From a virus (lineage: Duplodnaviria > Caudoviricetes), in IMG/VR virus record IMGVR_UViG_3300046169_000125, positions 1 through 60,788 of that record: a stretch of DNA of 60,788 nucleotides. One strand, given 5' to 3'. Shown here piece after piece: positions 56,777-60,788 of this stretch. Position 1 is the stretch's first letter. Each line of letters begins with the position of its first letter. The notes under the pieces were generated by a model. That model saw only the letters and a program-made list of their open reading frames with translations. It had not been told where the DNA came from and searched no databases. The position numbers and the translations under genes are program-made.

Positions 56777-58911
56777 CGCATAAATATTTTTTTCAACTCG
56801 AATGGATAAGCCATAAAATGTAATATAAAAGTGTGCTCGTCGACGAAACGTGGCTCAGTATTAAATTCATTCATAGGAAAGATCTTTCGGTTAAAACCAA
56901 AACCGTCACTTTCCTTCAATACATCACACAATATTCCTTGATCGCCGCCACTTGCATATAAACTACTTTTATCGCAATCTGCGTTCATCCATTTTCTTAT
57001 TATGTTTTTTGTATAAGAATGATTTCTAAAAACAACAACTCCACTATTAAGCATCATACCTTTGGTAATTTTTTTGTTATTCGTGCCAATATCTTCACAT
57101 GCAATAATCTTTTTTGTACCAGTGCATCTAGAAAGTATATCTTCGAAACGTTTTTGTGGATTGTATATGATTGTATCTGAATCCATCCATACAATGTCTT
57201 CGTGATCATCAAAGTGATTGAGAATCGCGCGCGCTTTCGACCAATTTGCACTAGCATCAGCTTGTAGTTTTTCGCGATAAACATAAAATGTATATCCATT
57301 TGCCAAACAATAATCTCGCACACTCATCTCAGAACATATCGCATAATCTGCAATCTCAGGAGTATACAAACTAACAATCGCGATTTTCTTTCCAGGATTG
57401 TATACTGTGAACTTCTCCTTGGGTACATCCACTTGATTTAAATGCTTACTTATGTATTTAAGGTAATCGCGGCCAACAAGATTAGACCATTCATCTTTCA
57501 ACCTTAAAAATTCTTTATGTTTTTGTGAATCAATTTGGGAACTATTTTGTTTCTTTTTATTATCAATTGAAAATTTTTGCCAGAAATTCGCGCCAGAACA
57601 ATCACTATTCCAGGGCTTATCTTTACCTATAAAATGCAAGACAAAAGATTTGTAACTTGATAAACTTGATTTCTTTAAAAAGTGCTCTCCAAGCTTGCAA
57701 CCAGTTTCGTAATTTTGAGATACCAAAATATCCCCCTCAACCGAAACGAACTGTTCGGAGCTTAAACAATTTAAATTATCGCTTAATATGGTATAATCAC
57801 ACCTACAATATATATTAATTATATCTTGATCACCCCCGGTTAATGGAATTTTTTGATGGTTTGTTTTTTTTATTTCAAAACATTTTTCAGTGAATTTATT
57901 TTGTCTTAATAAATCAAGGTTCAATAACATAACTCCAGTATTGCCTATGATCTTATCGCCAAACTCAACAGGATTTTTATTTTCTGTTGCAGTTCCTTTT
58001 GAGCCATTAAATGTTCTCCAGCCATTTTTTATTTCAGGTTTTAACGCTACGCCTGACTTGTTCAATTTAATATCATCGAACAAACTTAAATCAACAAAAG
58101 GAATAGTGTCTATATCAAAATACAATACCCGACTTACCCCTAAAAGTATCTCAGGTATTTTTAGTTTAAGGTTTGTGGCGCTTGATAAATGATCAATAGA
58201 TCTACAACTTTTTTCGGTTTTTATAGCAATCTCGGAATGCAAATATACCTTAAGATTTAAATTGTTTTTATTTTCAATAAATTGTTTTAATGGAATCAAT
58301 TCGCTTTCTTTACCTGAATAAATTAAATGTATATTTATACTTTTGTCTTTATTTTTTTGACTCAAAGCATTAACTGGATTAACAATGTAATTTATTAAAT
58401 TTTCATCGCAACAAAAGCATACATCATAAACTTTCCTTTTCTCGGCAATTATATTTGCAATATCTTGTTTTAATTGTTGTTTGTATTTAACCCACCAAGA
58501 TTGTACTTTCTTGGAATGCTTAATTATCCACTCTGTATTCTCAAGAAGTAAATTTATATCGTTGGATATATTATTCCAAGAGGCAGTTTCAATGAGTGGA
58601 TGTTCGCCAAGCATATCACTCCAATAATCGCTCTTCTCAACAATTGGAATTGCGCCCACTTCTAGCGCTTCGTACAATCTAAAAGTGTCAACGCTTGTGT
58701 TTCCACGAGGGCATGGTACAAAAATTGAGTCACTTAATATTTTTTTATATTCTTGAGTGCTCAAAGAATTGCCCGATTGCCAACCCTCGGCTACATGAAG
58801 ATGATATTCGCCATTGCATTTTTTCAACAAATCAATCATTTTTGAGCGATCACCTTGTGCATGAACCTGACCAGCGAAACACCAAGTATATTTTTTATCC
58901 AATGAATTCAT
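56758..58911 (-). CDS. Multidomain glycosyltransferase: exostosin (GT47) C-half + GT8 + GT34-like
   Basis: PCPRGN..DTFRLYEALEVGAIPIV; LYFDID, NTGVMLLNL, DQDIIN, HFIGKDKPW; WSK, WMDSD, NSGVV, DQG, HFM. Confidence 0.88.
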   Translation of the reverse strand: MNSLDKKYTWCFAGQVHAQGDRSKMIDLLKKCNGEYHLHVAEGWQSGNSLSTQEYKKILSDSIFVPCPRGNTSVDTFRLYEALEVGAIPIVEKSDYWSDMLGEHPLIETASWNNISNDINLLLENTEWIIKHSKKVQSWWVKYKQQLKQDIANIIAEKRKVYDVCFCCDENLINYIVNPVNALSQKNKDKSINIHLIYSGKESELIPLKQFIENKNNLNLKVYLHSEIAIKTEKSCRSIDHLSSATNLKLKIPEILLGVSRVLYFDIDTIPFVDLSLFDDIKLNKSGVALKPEIKNGWRTFNGSKGTATENKNPVEFGDKIIGNTGVMLLNLDLLRQNKFTEKCFEIKKTNHQKIPLTGGDQDIINIYCRCDYTILSDNLNCLSSEQFVSVEGDILVSQNYETGCKLGEHFLKKSSLSSYKSFVLHFIGKDKPWNSDCSGANFWQKFSIDNKKKQNSSQIDSQKHKEFLRLKDEWSNLVGRDYLKYISKHLNQVDVPKEKFTVYNPGKKIAIVSLYTPEIADYAICSEMSVRDYCLANGYTFYVYREKLQADASANWSKARAILNHFDDHEDIVWMDSDTIIYNPQKRFEDILSRCTGTKKIIACEDIGTNNKKITKGMMLNSGVVVFRNHSYTKNIIRKWMNADCDKSSLYASGGDQGILCDVLKESDGFGFNRKIFPMNEFNTEPRFVDEHTFILHFMAYPFELKKIFMRYFIES

Positions 58912-58944
58912 TTGGATTATTTATGTTTTAAATTTTTTCATTAT

Positions 58945-59736
58945 TTAATGAGGTACATTCATATCTTTAAGCTGTTCTGCATGATATAATATATTTTCCG
59001 GAGAAAACCTTATTTCTTCATTGTTACTTGAAGTATATTCATAAATTCTATCAATTCTATTAAAACTTTGAAAACTATATACCATCCAAAAAGCTTCAAG
59101 AGTACTTTGATCTTTAATATTTAAATCAGCAAAAGAAACAAATTTCTCAAAATCAATAGGATGATGACCCATGAAATGTATCGCAAAATCACCCTTTTTA
59201 TAATTTTTTGGATATATATTTAAATCATGAGGATTTTGTATTGGAATACTATATTTTTTTAAAACTTCATTAAGATATTGTTGGTCAGCATCTCCGTTCC
59301 CAGCTTGATGCCTCCAATGCTTATCAGTTCCAATAATTCTATTGTCCCACCACTCATTGAGTATTTGCCTAGATAAATCAGAATTTTTAAAAAACACAAC
59401 TCCACTATTCGCTGTTTGATTTGAAAAATAAGCTGGGTCTCTACATATCAACACGTCCTGATTTTTATCGATCAAGTAACCCTGCAAATCAAAACTTCTA
59501 TTTGCTATAGCTATATCCATATCCATCCAACCAACATACTGAAAAGAATCAATTTCTTTTAAAATAGATAAAGGTTTTTGAAAAGCTACATGGGTAGACT
59601 TATCTAATGTTCCCACCAAACCCCTCCATTCATAACCCATTTTATTGCAGTAGTTAGAGACAGACCGAACACAGCCCTTTCTGTCTTCATAATATTTTTT
59701 ATCAGCTAATTGTATAATACATATTTTATTTTTCAC
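58945..59736 (-). CDS. GT34-like (GMA12/MNN10) glycosyltransferase
   Basis: FQKP, WMDMD, NSGVVFFKNS, DQQYL, GDFAIHFMG. Confidence 0.8.
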   Translation of the reverse strand: MKNKICIIQLADKKYYEDRKGCVRSVSNYCNKMGYEWRGLVGTLDKSTHVAFQKPLSILKEIDSFQYVGWMDMDIAIANRSFDLQGYLIDKNQDVLICRDPAYFSNQTANSGVVFFKNSDLSRQILNEWWDNRIIGTDKHWRHQAGNGDADQQYLNEVLKKYSIPIQNPHDLNIYPKNYKKGDFAIHFMGHHPIDFEKFVSFADLNIKDQSTLEAFWMVYSFQSFNRIDRIYEYTSSNNEEIRFSPENILYHAEQLKDMNVPH

Positions 59737-60788
59737 AATTTAAATCCTTTCTTGTATCCCAATGGAATGAATGTTACATTATCTGCTACAGCATCTTTTC
59801 TATAATATTGTCGAAATACATGTTTAAAATTTTCGTAATGATCAATTTCGGCGTGACAATGTTCGTCGCTCAAATGAACCAATATACAATTTTTATTTTT
59901 TAATTTTTCAAAATATTCATTTTGTTTTGCGCGCAATTGATTTAGGTTTTCGCGGATTTTTTCTGGGTATATGTTTATGTTTTTTGCATACATATCACTA
60001 TAAATTATAATACTATCCTTAGCGACAACCTGCATTTCGGTATCAAATATTTTTTCGTAATCATTATTGGCAAATAATTCATCAATAAAATCTTCCTCAA
60101 AAAGATGTTTTTCCAAAATAATAATTTTACTACTTACTTCATCAATAGAGGTTGAACCCTGAATTTCAAATCTATCATTACGCCCCCTTACATCAGAACT
60201 TTTATCCCCCTGGGTATTTCCATTTATCTCATGCCTCTGGCAAGACATTAAGGGGTTTAAGTGAAAAATTTGGCCAGCTCTTCCTTCATCAATTAAACCT
60301 TGTTGCAAAAAGTGATCTACAGCACAATCCATCCCATATTTATACACCTTATCGCACAACCTCACGGCAGCTTCTTTACTCAATATATATGAGTTGGCAT
60401 TCATATGCCAAAAAGAATTTAAATCGCCGAAAAATTGATTTTTTTTAATTCTGCAAAAATAATCATTATATCGAATTAATACATTGTTATAACGAGGCGT
60501 ATTCCAAGGTTGACAACCCCCAAGGAAGATCAGAGAATATTGCTGTGGGATACTATTACTAAATACTTGATTCCAGAAAACTGTAAAGCCATCTTTAAAA
60601 ACATTATCATCCTCAAGTATCAAATAGTTTGACGCAGATTTATCCTTTGAAAGTTTTTCCCACAATCTAAAATGACTAATTGCGCAGCATATCTCACCCC
60701 TGCTCCTAGAATTCCATGTTTTAGGAAATAAAAGCTTAACTTTTTGACTATCCACATTACTACTTGAATCTGTCGCGGAGAACCTTTG
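59733..60788 (-). CDS. GT25 glycosyltransferase fused to exostosin N-half; 5' end lies beyond the window
   Basis: Frame is open to the edge (QRFSATD...); GEICCAISH..LW, ILEDD, SYILS..AA, VD; C-terminal HLSDE...FRQYY...IPLGY. Confidence 0.85.
   Translation of the reverse strand, partial: QRFSATDSSSNVDSQKVKLLFPKTWNSRSRGEICCAISHFRLWEKLSKDKSASNYLILEDDNVFKDGFTVFWNQVFSNSIPQQYSLIFLGGCQPWNTPRYNNVLIRYNDYFCRIKKNQFFGDLNSFWHMNANSYILSKEAAVRLCDKVYKYGMDCAVDHFLQQGLIDEGRAGQIFHLNPLMSCQRHEINGNTQGDKSSDVRGRNDRFEIQGSTSIDEVSSKIIILEKHLFEEDFIDELFANNDYEKIFDTEMQVVAKDSIIIYSDMYAKNINIYPEKIRENLNQLRAKQNEYFEKLKNKNCILVHLSDEHCHAEIDHYENFKHVFRQYYRKDAVADNVTFIPLGYKKGFKL

Larger units (their letters stand above)
1..60788. mobile_element. 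Segment of a large tailed bacteriophage genome (long non-contractile tail, lambda/T5-like tip)
   Basis: Tape measure, gpM/gpL/gpK/gpI-J-like genes in lambda order, S74 fibre, tail tube, phage SSB, dNMP kinase and sigma factor; no cellular housekeeping operons. Confidence 0.95.

Noticed and set aside
58909-58941. Mini-ORF MKKFKT in frame with the 58911 gene (possible readthrough)
   Set aside because: Six codons ending in TAA in AT-rich DNA; no supporting signal
1-60788. Stop-codon reassignment, tRNA genes, introns/inteins, integrase or att sites
   Set aside because: Genes are long and tightly packed in the standard code with all three stops used; no cloverleaf, intein or recombinase motifs seen by eye

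Overview
The whole AT-rich window is part of a large tailed dsDNA phage genome, read in the standard code. The tail looks like a siphovirus tail with a lambda/T5-like tip. No capsid, terminase, portal, integrase, tRNA or CRISPR array is visible. Layout: (1) 1-2.3 kb, small metabolic genes (degenerate citrate-synthase/citryl-CoA-lyase-like, GNAT, nucleoside 2-deoxyribosyltransferase-like). (2) 2.3-35.5 kb, neck and tail module: four tail-tube-fold paralogues, chaperones, a 2160-aa tape measure, gpM/L/K-like proteins, an I-J fusion carrying a C-type lectin, a 2138-aa fibre and an S74 fibre. (3) 35.5-47 kb, DNA-metabolism and regulatory genes (SSAP-like, SSB, dNMP kinase, sigma factor, wHTH) mixed with a sugar-nucleotide/glycosyltransferase cluster. 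(4) 47-56 kb, repeat-rich virion fibre/decoration genes and a J-domain protein. (5) 56.7-60.8 kb, a second glycosyltransferase cluster. Main observations: a PD-(D/E)xK nuclease-like domain sits inside the tape measure between repeated GxIPN[FY] motifs. A recurrent (G/A)TGTAWWW late-promoter motif is placed to give leaderless mRNAs, while three leadered tail genes share AAGG-WWT-AAGG-N4-start. About ten glycosyltransferase domains, two of them split across genes, accompany Ser/Thr-Gly-rich virion proteins, which suggests a phage-encoded virion glyco-coat. All family calls come from reading motifs by eye; no searches were run.
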